A stretch of 47,011 nt of DNA from Candidatus Aphodosoma sp. (GCA_045645785.1 JAZRJN010000043.1:1-47011), one strand, 5' to 3'; shown: positions 17,199-27,159, numbered from the stretch's first letter. Translations and numbers: made by a program. Notes: generated by a model not told the origin, from the letters alone.

Positions 17199-19187
17199 AT
17201 GAAAACAAATCTTAGTTCACAAATTGTTTTGTATCAAGTACCACAAAAGTACTATAAACCAAATTCGGCATTAGAAATGTCAGGTATTTCTCGTTTTGAG
17301 AAAATAAAAACACATATCACAACAACTGCATTAGAAGGAAGTAAAGTTGTTGCCGCAGAAATTGCAGACTTAATTCGCCAACGCCAAACAGAAAATCGCA
17401 CATGTACATTGTGCTTTACAAGTGGGCGTTCGCCAATAGAAGTTTTTGATGAATTAGTTAGAATACACAAAGAAGAAAACTTAAGTTTCCAAAACGTGCA
17501 TATCTTCAATCTTTTCGAATACTACCCACTTGACATCAGTTTCTCACAAAGTTGTTTAAACCAAATCAAAGCTAATCTTTTAGATAAAGTAGACATATTA
17601 CCTGAAAACATACACGCCATTGACCCAACTATCAATCAATCGGAAATAGCCCAACATTGTGCAAATTACGAACGTCAAATAGAGGAGTGTGGAGGAATAG
17701 ACTACCAAGTGCTTGGTATAGGCGGTGTAGGTAATATCGGATTTAATGAACCAGGCTCACAAGCATCATCACAAACACGTCTCATCTTACTCGACCCTAA
17801 CTCACGCAAAGAGGCTGTTCATTTCTTTGGCTCGCTTGACAAAGTTCCTGCAGGAGCAATCACGATGGGAGTAAACACCATATTCAAAGCTCGCCGCATA
17901 GCACTTCTTGCCTTTGGAGAACACAAATCTTCTATCATAAAAACTATTGTTGAAGGAAAAATGAATGACCAACACCCTGCGTCTTTCCTTCAAATGCACA
18001 CCAACACTACTGTATTCCTTGATATCAACTCAGCAAGTGCACTCACACGCATTTCATGTCCATGGCTTGTAACCTCTTGCGAGTGGAACGACAAACTCAC
18101 ACGCCGCGCTATCGTGTGGTTGTGTCAAAAAACTGGCAAACCAATTCTCAAACTAACAAACAAAGACTATAACGAAAACGGGCTCAGTGAATTAGTTGCA
18201 CTCTATGGTTCTGCCTACAACGTAAACATCAAAATATTCAATGACTTACAACACACCATCACAGGATGGCCTGGTGGAAAACCTAATGCTGACGACTCAA
18301 ACCGTCCTGAACGAGCATATCCATATCCAAAACGTGTAATCGTATTCTCTCCACACCCCGACGATGATGTAATATCAATGGGCGGAACACTCAAACGCCT
18401 TGTAGATCAAGGTCACGAAGTACACGTATGCTACGAAACATCAGGTAATATCGCAGTAGGCGACGATGAAATCATCCGTTTTATAGCATTCGTCAAAGGC
18501 TTCACCGATATGTTCGATTCTGAAAATAAAGTTATTTACACAAAATACGAAGAAATACGTAAATTCTTATTAGAAGAAAAAGGCGAAAACGACATAGATA
18601 CTTACGACGTACGCATGCTTAAAGGTCTTCTCCGCCGTGGCGAAGCAAAAGCAGCTTGCCGCTTCATGGGCATACGCTCTAAAAACGTACACTTCCTCAA
18701 CCTTCCATTCTACGAAACAGGCACAATCAAAAAAGGCGATCTCGGACGTGCCGATATTGACATCGTAAAAGCTATAATCGAAGAAGTTAAACCTCACCAA
18801 ATATATGCCGCAGGCGACCTTGCCGACCCTCATGGTACACACAAAGTATGCCTCGATGCAGTTCTCGCCGCAATTGACGAAGTAAAAGATAAAGAATGGA
18901 TGAAAGAGTGCCGCATTTGGATGTATCGCGGAGCATGGATGGAATGGGAAATTGACCATATCGAAATGGCTGTTCCACTTTCACCTGAAGAGTTGCGCGC
19001 AAAACGTAATGCTATCCTCAAACATCAATCACAAATGGAGGGTGCACCTTTTATGGGTGGCGACGAACGCCTCTTTTGGCAACGCTCTGAAGACCGCAAC
19101 AAAGCAACTGCAGAACTATATTGTCAACTTGGTCTTGCTGCATACGAAGCTATCGAAGCATTCGTACAATACATTCCTATTCAATAA
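17199..19187 (+). CDS. nagB: Glucosamine-6-phosphate deaminase, long form (NagB domain fused to LmbE/PIG-L-like domain)
   Basis: 662-aa ORF with GIGGVGNIGFNEPGS (NagB) and VIVFSPHPDDDVISMGG (PIG-L/LmbE). This ~660-aa fusion is the usual Bacteroidota form. Confidence 0.9.
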   Translation: MKTNLSSQIVLYQVPQKYYKPNSALEMSGISRFEKIKTHITTTALEGSKVVAAEIADLIRQRQTENRTCTLCFTSGRSPIEVFDELVRIHKEENLSFQNVHIFNLFEYYPLDISFSQSCLNQIKANLLDKVDILPENIHAIDPTINQSEIAQHCANYERQIEECGGIDYQVLGIGGVGNIGFNEPGSQASSQTRLILLDPNSRKEAVHFFGSLDKVPAGAITMGVNTIFKARRIALLAFGEHKSSIIKTIVEGKMNDQHPASFLQMHTNTTVFLDINSASALTRISCPWLVTSCEWNDKLTRRAIVWLCQKTGKPILKLTNKDYNENGLSELVALYGSAYNVNIKIFNDLQHTITGWPGGKPNADDSNRPERAYPYPKRVIVFSPHPDDDVISMGGTLKRLVDQGHEVHVCYETSGNIAVGDDEIIRFIAFVKGFTDMFDSENKVIYTKYEEIRKFLLEEKGENDIDTYDVRMLKGLLRRGEAKAACRFMGIRSKNVHFLNLPFYETGTIKKGDLGRADIDIVKAIIEEVKPHQIYAAGDLADPHGTHKVCLDAVLAAIDEVKDKEWMKECRIWMYRGAWMEWEIDHIEMAVPLSPEELRAKRNAILKHQSQMEGAPFMGGDERLFWQRSEDRNKATAELYCQLGLAAYEAIEAFVQYIPIQ

Positions 19188-19203
19188 AATATATCGCATA
19201 CAC

Positions 19204-19245
19204 AAAAAATAGGCTGATTGTCAATCGACAATCAGCCTATTTTTA
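19204..19245. terminator. Bidirectional rho-independent terminator between convergent genes
   Basis: Perfect 15-bp stem AATAGGCTGATTGTC-aatc-GACAATCAGCCTATT (19208-19241), flanked by an A-tract and a T-tract. Confidence 0.85.
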
Positions 19246-19259
19246 TATAATTAGGATTC

Positions 19260-20945
19260 TTATTCTCCCAAAATATCAATATGATCAGCATTATAAACTT
19301 CACGATTATTATCATCAGTAATATCACCATGAATAAATGCCACAACTTCCATATCTTCAAGCACACACTCAAAAGAGCCAACTTTTTCAGGAATAGTATA
19401 TGTATATTCAACAGAATAGTTACCTTCTGCATCAAGAGTAAGCTTATCACCAACACCTGCAGTTAGGAATTTACGAGGAGCTGTATGATAGTAATCTCCA
19501 GAAGCCCCACTCTGATATGACTTCATATTATCTTGATTTACAATAATAGTAATATACGCAACATCCTTCAAAGAATAACCTGATACTTTAACTTTTAATT
19601 CACGAGTCTCTTCATTAAATTCACGCACCAATGTCATTGTAGCTGAAGCCGAGGTAGTTATCAACGAAGCCAAAAGAGAAGAAGTCATCGCAGCAGGATG
19701 CCAAATAAGCGCTTCTTTAGAACTATCTTCATATTTTATTACTCGACGATCAACATTACACATAGGATAATTTATTACATTTAAAGCCGAAGTAATATCG
19801 TTACTAGCAGAAATGGTAAAAGCATCCCCACTCAAATATGTGTGATGAGCCACCCAACAAACTTTATCTGAATCAACTAATTCAGATATAGATTTTTTGA
19901 TAGCTGTTGCTCCAGCAGGACAGTTAGGGCAACCTTGACCTGTAAATTGCTCAATAAGGATTGCATTACGTTCAAGCCCACCAAAGACTTCAACAGAAGC
20001 ACTATACTCTTCTGTTACAACATTCTGACCTTTAATTTGAGCTTTAAGTTTAATATCAACATTACCTTCGACATTGCCAATTGGAATCATAACTTCAACT
20101 TTAGCAGTTTGTCCATTAGATAAAACTCGTTCGACAGGAATCACACTTTCGACACCAGCAATATTTGCTAGAACATCTACACCAGCTATGGTACGAACAC
20201 CAGCATTACGAATTTCTAAAATAGTTTTAAATTTGCTATTTGCACGAGCTGCATCTGGAATAGAAATTTTATCAACAGAAATTGCATATTGGGTTTCCGC
20301 TGAATAATCACCGCCTTGAAGAATGGCTTGAATTGACCAATAACCTTTAGTACCCATGTCAGAAAGATTATACCATGTATTCTTCCACCACATTTTTTCA
20401 GTATTAGTTCGTTTTGTGGTATTTTCAAGTCCAATAACATAACCTGAACTTGTGATTTTATAACCTACATACAAATCTTCACCCGTAATTTCGACAGGCT
20501 CATCAAACAAAACATATTGCCAACCTTCATCGACCCAGGTAAACGCTTTACGAACACCCAAACTATCAATGTTGTTGGTTACATACACCTCTGAATCCGA
20601 AACATCACCAGTGATCAAAGCACGAACACCAATAATTTTCGAACCATGTTTAGCTAATTCCGCTCCATTCATCAAAGTTGCTGTAGCCATTGTATAAGCA
20701 GAATTCATACCAAAACGTCCTGATTCGCTACTATTAACAGGATCAGAACAATTGCCATAAAGATAAACATTATCATAAAGAAATGTCTCTTCTGGTTTAT
20801 TAGTTGATGATTGCCCCAAAATAATGCTATCAACTTTATCTTTCTCTGCTTGAAAAATTATCTTCCCATTAGACCAAATAGCAAATTGAGCAAAAGAGAG
20901 AGAATAAACAAATAAAGAAGCAAATATAAATAAAAACTTTTTCAT
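19260..20945 (-). CDS. Secreted Omp28-related / thioredoxin-fold surface protein with CARDB-like region
   Basis: 561-aa ORF with signal peptide MKKFLFIFASLFVYSLSFAQ. IEQFTGQGCPNCPAG resembles the CxxC thioredoxin-like segment of Omp28-related proteins. Family assignment is from memory only. Confidence 0.6.
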   Translation of the reverse strand: MKKFLFIFASLFVYSLSFAQFAIWSNGKIIFQAEKDKVDSIILGQSSTNKPEETFLYDNVYLYGNCSDPVNSSESGRFGMNSAYTMATATLMNGAELAKHGSKIIGVRALITGDVSDSEVYVTNNIDSLGVRKAFTWVDEGWQYVLFDEPVEITGEDLYVGYKITSSGYVIGLENTTKRTNTEKMWWKNTWYNLSDMGTKGYWSIQAILQGGDYSAETQYAISVDKISIPDAARANSKFKTILEIRNAGVRTIAGVDVLANIAGVESVIPVERVLSNGQTAKVEVMIPIGNVEGNVDIKLKAQIKGQNVVTEEYSASVEVFGGLERNAILIEQFTGQGCPNCPAGATAIKKSISELVDSDKVCWVAHHTYLSGDAFTISASNDITSALNVINYPMCNVDRRVIKYEDSSKEALIWHPAAMTSSLLASLITTSASATMTLVREFNEETRELKVKVSGYSLKDVAYITIIVNQDNMKSYQSGASGDYYHTAPRKFLTAGVGDKLTLDAEGNYSVEYTYTIPEKVGSFECVLEDMEVVAFIHGDITDDNNREVYNADHIDILGE

Positions 20946-20948
20946 GTT

Positions 20949-21422
20949 TTATTTTTTTATAATTTTAACAACTTTCATATTTGATTGCATAATATAAGTT
21001 CCTGACGCAATATCATTAACCATAATTTGCGTCACTTCACTATCAACAGTTTGGATTTTAACAAGCATACCATCTAAAGAATAAATACGAATCACATCTC
21101 CAATATTCAAACCTTGAACAAACAAAGCATCCATTGTTGGATTTGGATATACTACCATCAAAATATCAGATATGTTCTCAACAGCTGTTTCTGATTCAAC
21201 AAACGAAATTTTACGAACATTATTTGCTTCGCGTTCGGCAATAACATTACCTGAAAAATCAACAAATTTAATCAATTCATCTTCAAACTTGATAGTACTA
21301 ATTTCTTTCAACTCCAATTCTTGTTGTTCTGAAGATAGATACTCAATCAAGATGCGGTCTTTTGAAGCCCAAAGTACACATACGCAGAAAAAGCATACAA
21401 AAAAGAGAAAAGTTTTTTTCAT
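20949..21422 (-). CDS. Small secreted protein with T9SS type A C-terminal sorting domain
   Basis: The track ORF extends to 21524. The ATG at 21422 gives MKKTFLFFVCFFCVCVLWAS (signal peptide). The C-terminus VVYPNPTMDALFVQGLNIGDVIRIYSLDGMLV...GTYIMQSNMKVVKIIKK is a canonical T9SS sorting domain. Confidence 0.75.
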   Translation of the reverse strand: MKKTFLFFVCFFCVCVLWASKDRILIEYLSSEQQELELKEISTIKFEDELIKFVDFSGNVIAEREANNVRKISFVESETAVENISDILMVVYPNPTMDALFVQGLNIGDVIRIYSLDGMLVKIQTVDSEVTQIMVNDIASGTYIMQSNMKVVKIIKK

Positions 21423-21480
21423 AATTTTATGTTTTTTATAATAAATAAATAAAATATCTGCTATCACAAAATAAATTTGA

Positions 21481-21512
21481 CAAAGATACAATTTTTTTTT
21501 AAGAAGAACAAA
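21481..21512 (-). promoter_or_regulatory. Bacteroidota-type promoter for the small T9SS protein / Omp28-like operon
   Basis: On minus: TTTG (plus 21509-21512), a 20-nt spacer, then TATCTTTG (plus 21481-21488); lies 59 nt upstream of the ATG at 21422. Confidence 0.5.
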
Positions 21513-21530
21513 TTTTATAAACAATTTAAC

Positions 21531-21570
21531 AAAAAAATTGGACGTTTATGTCATTCAACACAACGTCCAA
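21531..21570 (-). terminator. Rho-independent terminator after the beta-barrel OMP gene
   Basis: 8-bp stem TTGGACGT...ACGTCCAA (21538-21545 / 21563-21570), followed on the minus strand by T7 (plus A-tract 21531-21537). Confidence 0.75.
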
Positions 21571-21618
21571 TAATAAAACTAAACAAAGAAAATAATATCT
21601 ATGCTATGTACATTTCAC

Positions 21619-22548
21619 CTAAAAATAGAAAGACAAATACAATTTACCTCCAAGATTTTGAGTTCCAAAAGTAAAAGCTTTATAACCAGGATTAATGGTT
21701 TCAATACGTTCTTCACGAGTATTTGTTACAAGATTGAAACCTTCAATACGAGCATAATTAGCAGAACCAATTTCCCATAAAGCATTAAGATACACCTCTC
21801 CACCGATAGAGAAATAAGAAGTAAAGAAGCACTCAACACCAACATGAGCTCCGAGACCAACAAAATTGTTTGATGCTTCATTATAGAAATCAAGGAGGTA
21901 AGCATTACTCCAATAAGAAGGAACATCTACTCCACCAATACCCCAATCATAACGAGAAGGAGCTTGATTTATTTCAGTGATAGCATTACCATAAGCAAAA
22001 TGATAATTATTTTCGCTAAAACCATACAAGAAATTCAAACCAGCAAAACCTTGAATCCATTTATATCCTCGACGATACTCAGCTCCAATAGAGAAAGAAG
22101 CACCAGAAGAATTATACACACATTGGTCTATAACTTCAGCTTCTGACAAAGGATTCTTCAAAAGTGCCGCATCATCATTACTATATTGCAAGTCTTTGTA
22201 ATGAGAATAAAGTACTCCGACATTAACACGAGCAGCAATATTATCAGTAATCATATACTTACCCATGATAGAAACAGAAGGATTAGTAAATGGATTAGAA
22301 CTAAATACAGGTTCGCCACCAAAAGAACTATATGAGTTACTTGTTGCTCCATTAAAGAAGTTACCAAAATAATCAAACAAAGGTACAACATCAATACCTA
22401 AAGCAATATCGCCTGCCTGAGGCAAAACGAAATTCTTTTTTTCTTTTTTCTCAGCATTAGCACCATCGCTTTGTGCAGGCAAATAGCCTACACAAAACAA
22501 TAATGTTAATACGAGAGTTATAATTTTATATTTTTTCATAGCTGACAT
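21619..22548 (-). CDS. Outer membrane beta-barrel protein (porin-like)
   Basis: 309-aa ORF; an alternative ATG at 22539 gives MKKYKIITLVLTLLFCVGYLPAQS. Has an alternating beta-strand pattern and ends in ...LYLSFYF, an aromatic C-terminus typical of OMPs. Confidence 0.7.
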   Translation of the reverse strand: MSAMKKYKIITLVLTLLFCVGYLPAQSDGANAEKKEKKNFVLPQAGDIALGIDVVPLFDYFGNFFNGATSNSYSSFGGEPVFSSNPFTNPSVSIMGKYMITDNIAARVNVGVLYSHYKDLQYSNDDAALLKNPLSEAEVIDQCVYNSSGASFSIGAEYRRGYKWIQGFAGLNFLYGFSENNYHFAYGNAITEINQAPSRYDWGIGGVDVPSYWSNAYLLDFYNEASNNFVGLGAHVGVECFFTSYFSIGGEVYLNALWEIGSANYARIEGFNLVTNTREERIETINPGYKAFTFGTQNLGGKLYLSFYF

Positions 22549-22590
22549 AATTTTAAAAATTTAACTACTTAAAACCAAACTATAACTTCG

Positions 22591-25500
22591 TTAATCATTT
22601 ATAATAGCAGCCCAATCATAATTATACCAAGAACCATCAGATGGAATAACGTTAGGTACAAAGATAGATTTCAAAGAAGGATTTTTAACTTCAATAGTAT
22701 TTGAAGTAACAGAGAGTGGTGATATACCATCAATTACATTTGCATCTTGGAATCTACCAATAAGGACATTATATGCTGCTTTATCAACTTGTGGATAGTG
22801 TTTGAAATTAATCACTTTGTCTTGATCGTCCAAACTTGGTTGAGCAATAACTCTAACATTATAATCAGTACCAACTTCTTCGAGAGCAACAGATAATGTA
22901 TAATTACCAGATCCATTAGCAACAAGATCATAAGTGCGACCAGCAACTTGAATTTGAATCAATCTATATTTATCAGCTTCCCATTTAGCAGTCCAATCAG
23001 AACCATCTTTAGCTTCGACAGCTCTCATTGCTTGTCCTTTAATAGTAAGAGCAGTTTTGAAACCATTAACAACTTGGTACTCTCTATTGATCCAGCCAGC
23101 AAGATTATTTGACCAATAATCTACAGCATCATGTGTTGATATTTTATAATATTTAGTTTTGCGAGTATTCCAAGCATCAATACCCTCTTTATGATCAGTA
23201 AAGCTACCAGAATATTTTACTTTAATTTCTTCAATATCACCAGTATCAGGACGGCGATAGTGGTTGAATTTATAGACTTTAGTAGTAACTTCATCAGTTA
23301 CAGAGAAAGTAGAAGGTCTTTCGTCATACTGCATACGGACATCAATAGAATAATTACCATCAACATCAGTAACACCAATAAAATTAGTTCCATTTACATT
23401 AACTGTAACTTTTTCGAAAGCAGCAGCTGTAAAGGTACCAGCTCTAAATCCAGTTTCAATAGCACGTTGAATAGAACCAGTAACAGTTTTAGTAACTTTT
23501 AATTTAGAGTCATATACCCAACCTGCTAAATCAGAGAACCAATTCATTTTTGTTAATTCATCAGAAGAATAAAGCATTGCATCTGGTGTAAATTTCAAAT
23601 GTACAACATATAAACAATCTTCTGCTTCTTCTTTTGAATAATCGTTATATGCACCCTCTAAATAACGTTTTGCAGAAGCATTAACACCATCATAGAAATG
23701 CAAGAAATTATCCACCTTGTATTTAATTGTATTAGGGTTCCAAGCATAATTGACAACCTCGTATTCGTCACGTTTAAGAACATTAAATTCAACTTTACCA
23801 CTTTTAACTGGAGCTGCATAAGTATAATCACCATCTGAAATTTCAGCAATAATACCATTAGCTGGCACATATTCACCTTTACCAAATGCTGATTCTACTG
23901 CAAAATTAACTTTAACAGTTTCTTTTGCTACATATTTTTTACTTACAGATTTGATCCAATCAGCAAGATTATCATTCCAATTAATTTTAACTTTATCGTA
24001 AGCTGCATCAGGTACAAATTTGAAATAGAAATCACCAAGTTCATTCCATACTTTACGATCAGCTTTATCTTCACCTACCCAAACGCGTTTAGTATATTTA
24101 CCATTCAAAGTTTGTTTATCACCCTTTGCTGATGTATAGTGAAGATAATCATAAACATCTTCAATTTCAGAAGAAGCAAAAGAAACAGCTAATTCTTTAT
24201 TTTGATTTTCAACAGGAATTGCTATTTGAAATTTACCAGATTTTACAGGAGCTGCAAAATTATTACCATCCACAGTAATAGTAAGAATATGACCATTAGC
24301 AGCAACATAATTACCAACGGCAAACTCTTTTTCTGTTGGCAAATAAACATTCGCACTAAGAGTTATTGTTTCTTTCTTATCAGGATCAACAAACCAACCA
24401 ACAAGATTTGGATTCCAATCAATATCATTCAATTGTTCAGAAGTAATAGAAGAAGAAGGATTAAATTTAAAATAAGATGTACCTAAATCATTCCATTTTG
24501 CGCCCAACTCATTCACTATTTTATAAGGAGAATAAGTACCACTTATTTCAACAACATCGTTTTCATTCTTATAGTGAGTATATCTAAATTCTTTAGAATT
24601 ATCATAAGCACTAACAACTTCAAATTTTTCTTCTTTATCAGTTACAGGGAGTTCGAACGAGAAAGTACCATCTTGATTAACTGGTGCAAACAAGAACTTA
24701 CTTCCACGCAAAGCATCACCATATTCTACTAAGAAAAGACCTTCACCTGTTTTATTGGTATATGTACCAACGCCATAACTAGCACTTGTTGCCAATAAAT
24801 ATTTACCAGAAATAGTAACAGTTTCGGTAAAGCCATCATATTTTTCCCAACCGACAAGATTACTTGTATAAGTAGAAGGAGTTACTTCATTCGCAAGATT
24901 ATTTGTGTAACCAGGAGTAAAACGGAGATACATTGTTTTCATTTTATGCTCTACGCCTTCAATAAACTCAGAAGCTCCACTATAGAGAGAAAGTACATCC
25001 TCAGCCACATAAGCACCAGCCAAAGTTTGTTTATCTGTAGCTGTTGAATAGTGAACGTAAGGATCACCTGCAAGACCTAAAACTTTAACAGACAAAGAAG
25101 AGAAACCATCTTTATAAGATTTCAAAGGCAAAGTAATACGATAATTACCTTGGCCGTCAGTAACAGTACCAGCAGTCAACACGCCATCAAAACCTTCTGG
25201 ATATTCAGCTTCAAATTCAACAGTTGCATTAGCAGCAGCTTTATAGATACCCTTACGGAAACCTGCCTCGTATGCCAACTGAATATTACCAGTCAAAGTT
25301 ATTGTTTCTGTCAATTCTTCAATAGTAACCTTTGTTTCAGTACATTTACGTTCTGTTTCTGTCAAGAAATCAATTGAACCTGGCTTAAGAGTAACATTCT
25401 CTTTTTTCCATTCATAACGATACAAATCTGTTTCAAAAACAGGATTAGAACCTTCCATTTTTTTGTACTCTGATTTGTATGCAGTAAATTCTTGCATACG

Positions 25501-25854
25501 AACAGTTACATTTTTCAAACCAGTAGAAGTAGTTGGTACAGAAATAGTGAAATTACCATCTAAATCAGTAACTGTTTCATAAATTTTAGAACCCTTTTGC
25601 TCAGCATTAAAATTATAACTAGCATAAGGTATTTCTACATAAATAACGCGATTAGCTACAGGTTTAATTTGATTAATAGCATATTGATCAGCAGAACCCG
25701 CTGTATCAACACCAGCGTCATAAACCAAAGCACCAGAAATTGTAGCTGTATCAGTCAAAACAGATAAATCCATTTCTGATTGTTTTGGCTCACACCCAAT
25801 AAAAGCCAAAGAGATAGATGCTAATAAAATAGCAAATAGAGCAAATTTTTTCAT
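22591..25854 (-). CDS. Large surface lipoprotein with about five ~150-aa repeat modules (carboxypeptidase-regulatory-like Ig folds)
   Basis: The track start at 25863 is a TTG. The ATG at 25854 gives MKKFALFAILLASISLAFIGCEP (lipobox). Recurrent motifs are TDLDGNFTISVP / TDGQGNYRITLP / NQDGTFSFELP / TDVDGNYSIDV, and SNLVGW / PNLVGW / DNLADW / SDLAGW / NNLAGW at roughly 150-aa spacing. Confidence 0.8.
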   Translation of the reverse strand: MKKFALFAILLASISLAFIGCEPKQSEMDLSVLTDTATISGALVYDAGVDTAGSADQYAINQIKPVANRVIYVEIPYASYNFNAEQKGSKIYETVTDLDGNFTISVPTTSTGLKNVTVRMQEFTAYKSEYKKMEGSNPVFETDLYRYEWKKENVTLKPGSIDFLTETERKCTETKVTIEELTETITLTGNIQLAYEAGFRKGIYKAAANATVEFEAEYPEGFDGVLTAGTVTDGQGNYRITLPLKSYKDGFSSLSVKVLGLAGDPYVHYSTATDKQTLAGAYVAEDVLSLYSGASEFIEGVEHKMKTMYLRFTPGYTNNLANEVTPSTYTSNLVGWEKYDGFTETVTISGKYLLATSASYGVGTYTNKTGEGLFLVEYGDALRGSKFLFAPVNQDGTFSFELPVTDKEEKFEVVSAYDNSKEFRYTHYKNENDVVEISGTYSPYKIVNELGAKWNDLGTSYFKFNPSSSITSEQLNDIDWNPNLVGWFVDPDKKETITLSANVYLPTEKEFAVGNYVAANGHILTITVDGNNFAAPVKSGKFQIAIPVENQNKELAVSFASSEIEDVYDYLHYTSAKGDKQTLNGKYTKRVWVGEDKADRKVWNELGDFYFKFVPDAAYDKVKINWNDNLADWIKSVSKKYVAKETVKVNFAVESAFGKGEYVPANGIIAEISDGDYTYAAPVKSGKVEFNVLKRDEYEVVNYAWNPNTIKYKVDNFLHFYDGVNASAKRYLEGAYNDYSKEEAEDCLYVVHLKFTPDAMLYSSDELTKMNWFSDLAGWVYDSKLKVTKTVTGSIQRAIETGFRAGTFTAAAFEKVTVNVNGTNFIGVTDVDGNYSIDVRMQYDERPSTFSVTDEVTTKVYKFNHYRRPDTGDIEEIKVKYSGSFTDHKEGIDAWNTRKTKYYKISTHDAVDYWSNNLAGWINREYQVVNGFKTALTIKGQAMRAVEAKDGSDWTAKWEADKYRLIQIQVAGRTYDLVANGSGNYTLSVALEEVGTDYNVRVIAQPSLDDQDKVINFKHYPQVDKAAYNVLIGRFQDANVIDGISPLSVTSNTIEVKNPSLKSIFVPNVIPSDGSWYNYDWAAIIND

Positions 25855-25917
25855 AGCAGTCAAATTTTAATTAATAATAATAAAAAGGATGATTATAATC
25901 AATAGACTTATACGCGA

Positions 25918-25948
25918 CAAAGGTACATTATTTTTTATAAAAAACAAA
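25918..25948 (-). promoter_or_regulatory. Bacteroidota-type promoter for the lipoprotein-OMP operon
   Basis: On minus: TTTG (plus 25945-25948), a 19-nt spacer, then TACCTTTG (plus 25918-25925); lies about 64 nt upstream of the ATG at 25854. Confidence 0.55.
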
Positions 25949-26101
25949 ATTTTTTAACAAAAATTCATAAAATCTAATAATGGGGGGGGTAAATACCTAA
26001 CACACAATAAATTATACACAAAAAAAATAAAGTTGATAACATATCTGAAAACATAAAAAAAACACAATATTATCAACAATCAAAACAAAAGTTTTAAAAA
26101 T

Positions 26102-26131
26102 AAAAAAGAGCCGATATCTCGGCTCTTTTTT
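26102..26131 (-). terminator. Rho-independent terminator after the polyprenyl synthase gene
   Basis: GAGCCGA-tatc-TCGGCTC (26108-26125), flanked by A6 and T8; abuts the stop codon at 26132. Confidence 0.8.
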
Positions 26132-27100
26132 TTACTTTTTACGTTGAATAGTAAATTCCAAAAGATTCAATAGTGCTTGTTTTATTTCATTATCATAGAA
26201 AACACTCAATGCTTTTTCAGCTTCGACTTTATAATAATTCATTCGCTGTTCTGCATATTCAATCCCTCCGGTACGAGCCACAAGTGAACCTATATTATAG
26301 AAGAAATCTTCGGTGAATTGGCGCATTTTCACTGCATCAAGTATCAATGATGCCTCATTTGCATGGATACTTTCGAGAGCATGAATAAGAGGCAAAGTAA
26401 ACTTACCCTCACGAATATCATTCAACGTTGGTTTACCAATTTGAGCATTAGGCGTATAATCGAAAATATCATCTTTTATTTGGAAACAAATACCCAAATA
26501 CTCAGCAAATTGACGCAAAGCTTCACGTTGCTCCACAGTTGCGCCCACACTAATTGCCGCAGACTCAGCACTAATCGTAAACAACACCGCTGTTTTCTTT
26601 TTAATAATCTCTATATAATCCTCTTCTTTCGGAATAGAATAAGAATACTGCAACTGAAGCAACTCACCACGAGTCAATATATTACCCAACATTGCCAATT
26701 GAGTATATAACTCAGGCACACCTGTTTCGGCAATAAATTGCATAGACTTACTCAACAAATAATCTCCAACAAGCACTGCAGTGCGATTATCGAACAAAGC
26801 ATTTGCAGATGGCTGTCCGCGACGCTCCATCGTATTATCAACCACATCATCATGAATAAGACTCGCCGTATGTAGCAACTCATATGCTGCCGCCACATTT
26901 ATAGTTTTGCTATTAGGTGTAGCACATAGTTTTGCACAAAGCAAAGTAAACACAGGACGTACTTGTTTACCTTTTTGTGTGCTTACATGCTCAAGTACCT
27001 TCTTAAGCAACTGCTCTTCGGCAGAAAACGCTGAATCAAGAAATTGTTGAAATAGCGCAAATTCAGTGATGATAGGATTCTTAATTGTTTCGTAATTCAT
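26132..27100 (-). CDS. Polyprenyl diphosphate synthase (trans-isoprenyl, IspB-like)
   Basis: 322-aa ORF with both aspartate-rich motifs, LIHDDVVD and KDDIFD. Product chain length cannot be read from the sequence. Confidence 0.9.
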   Translation of the reverse strand: MNYETIKNPIITEFALFQQFLDSAFSAEEQLLKKVLEHVSTQKGKQVRPVFTLLCAKLCATPNSKTINVAAAYELLHTASLIHDDVVDNTMERRGQPSANALFDNRTAVLVGDYLLSKSMQFIAETGVPELYTQLAMLGNILTRGELLQLQYSYSIPKEEDYIEIIKKKTAVLFTISAESAAISVGATVEQREALRQFAEYLGICFQIKDDIFDYTPNAQIGKPTLNDIREGKFTLPLIHALESIHANEASLILDAVKMRQFTEDFFYNIGSLVARTGGIEYAEQRMNYYKVEAEKALSVFYDNEIKQALLNLLEFTIQRKK

Positions 27101-27147
27101 AATGCATAGTTACTATAGATTCTATAGACTCTATAAATTCTATAGAT
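27098..27147 (+). repeat. CATAATG heptads followed by a 9-nt array TCTATAGAY x4
   Basis: cataatg catagtt | actatagat tctatagac tctataaat tctatagat. The first unit contains the polyprenyl synthase start codon. Confidence 0.9.
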
Positions 27148-27159
27148 TTTGTATATATT

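Noticed and set aside
25855-25863. TTG start (MTAM...) for the large lipoprotein
   Set aside because: An ATG three codons downstream gives the canonical MKK... lipoprotein signal. The TTG is simply the longest-ORF choice.
25982-25989. G8 homopolymer upstream of the surface-lipoprotein operon as a phase-variation switch
   Set aside because: It lies 34 nt upstream of the -33 element and not in the -33/-7 spacer or in a coding region, so slippage would not obviously change expression. It cannot be excluded without read-level data.
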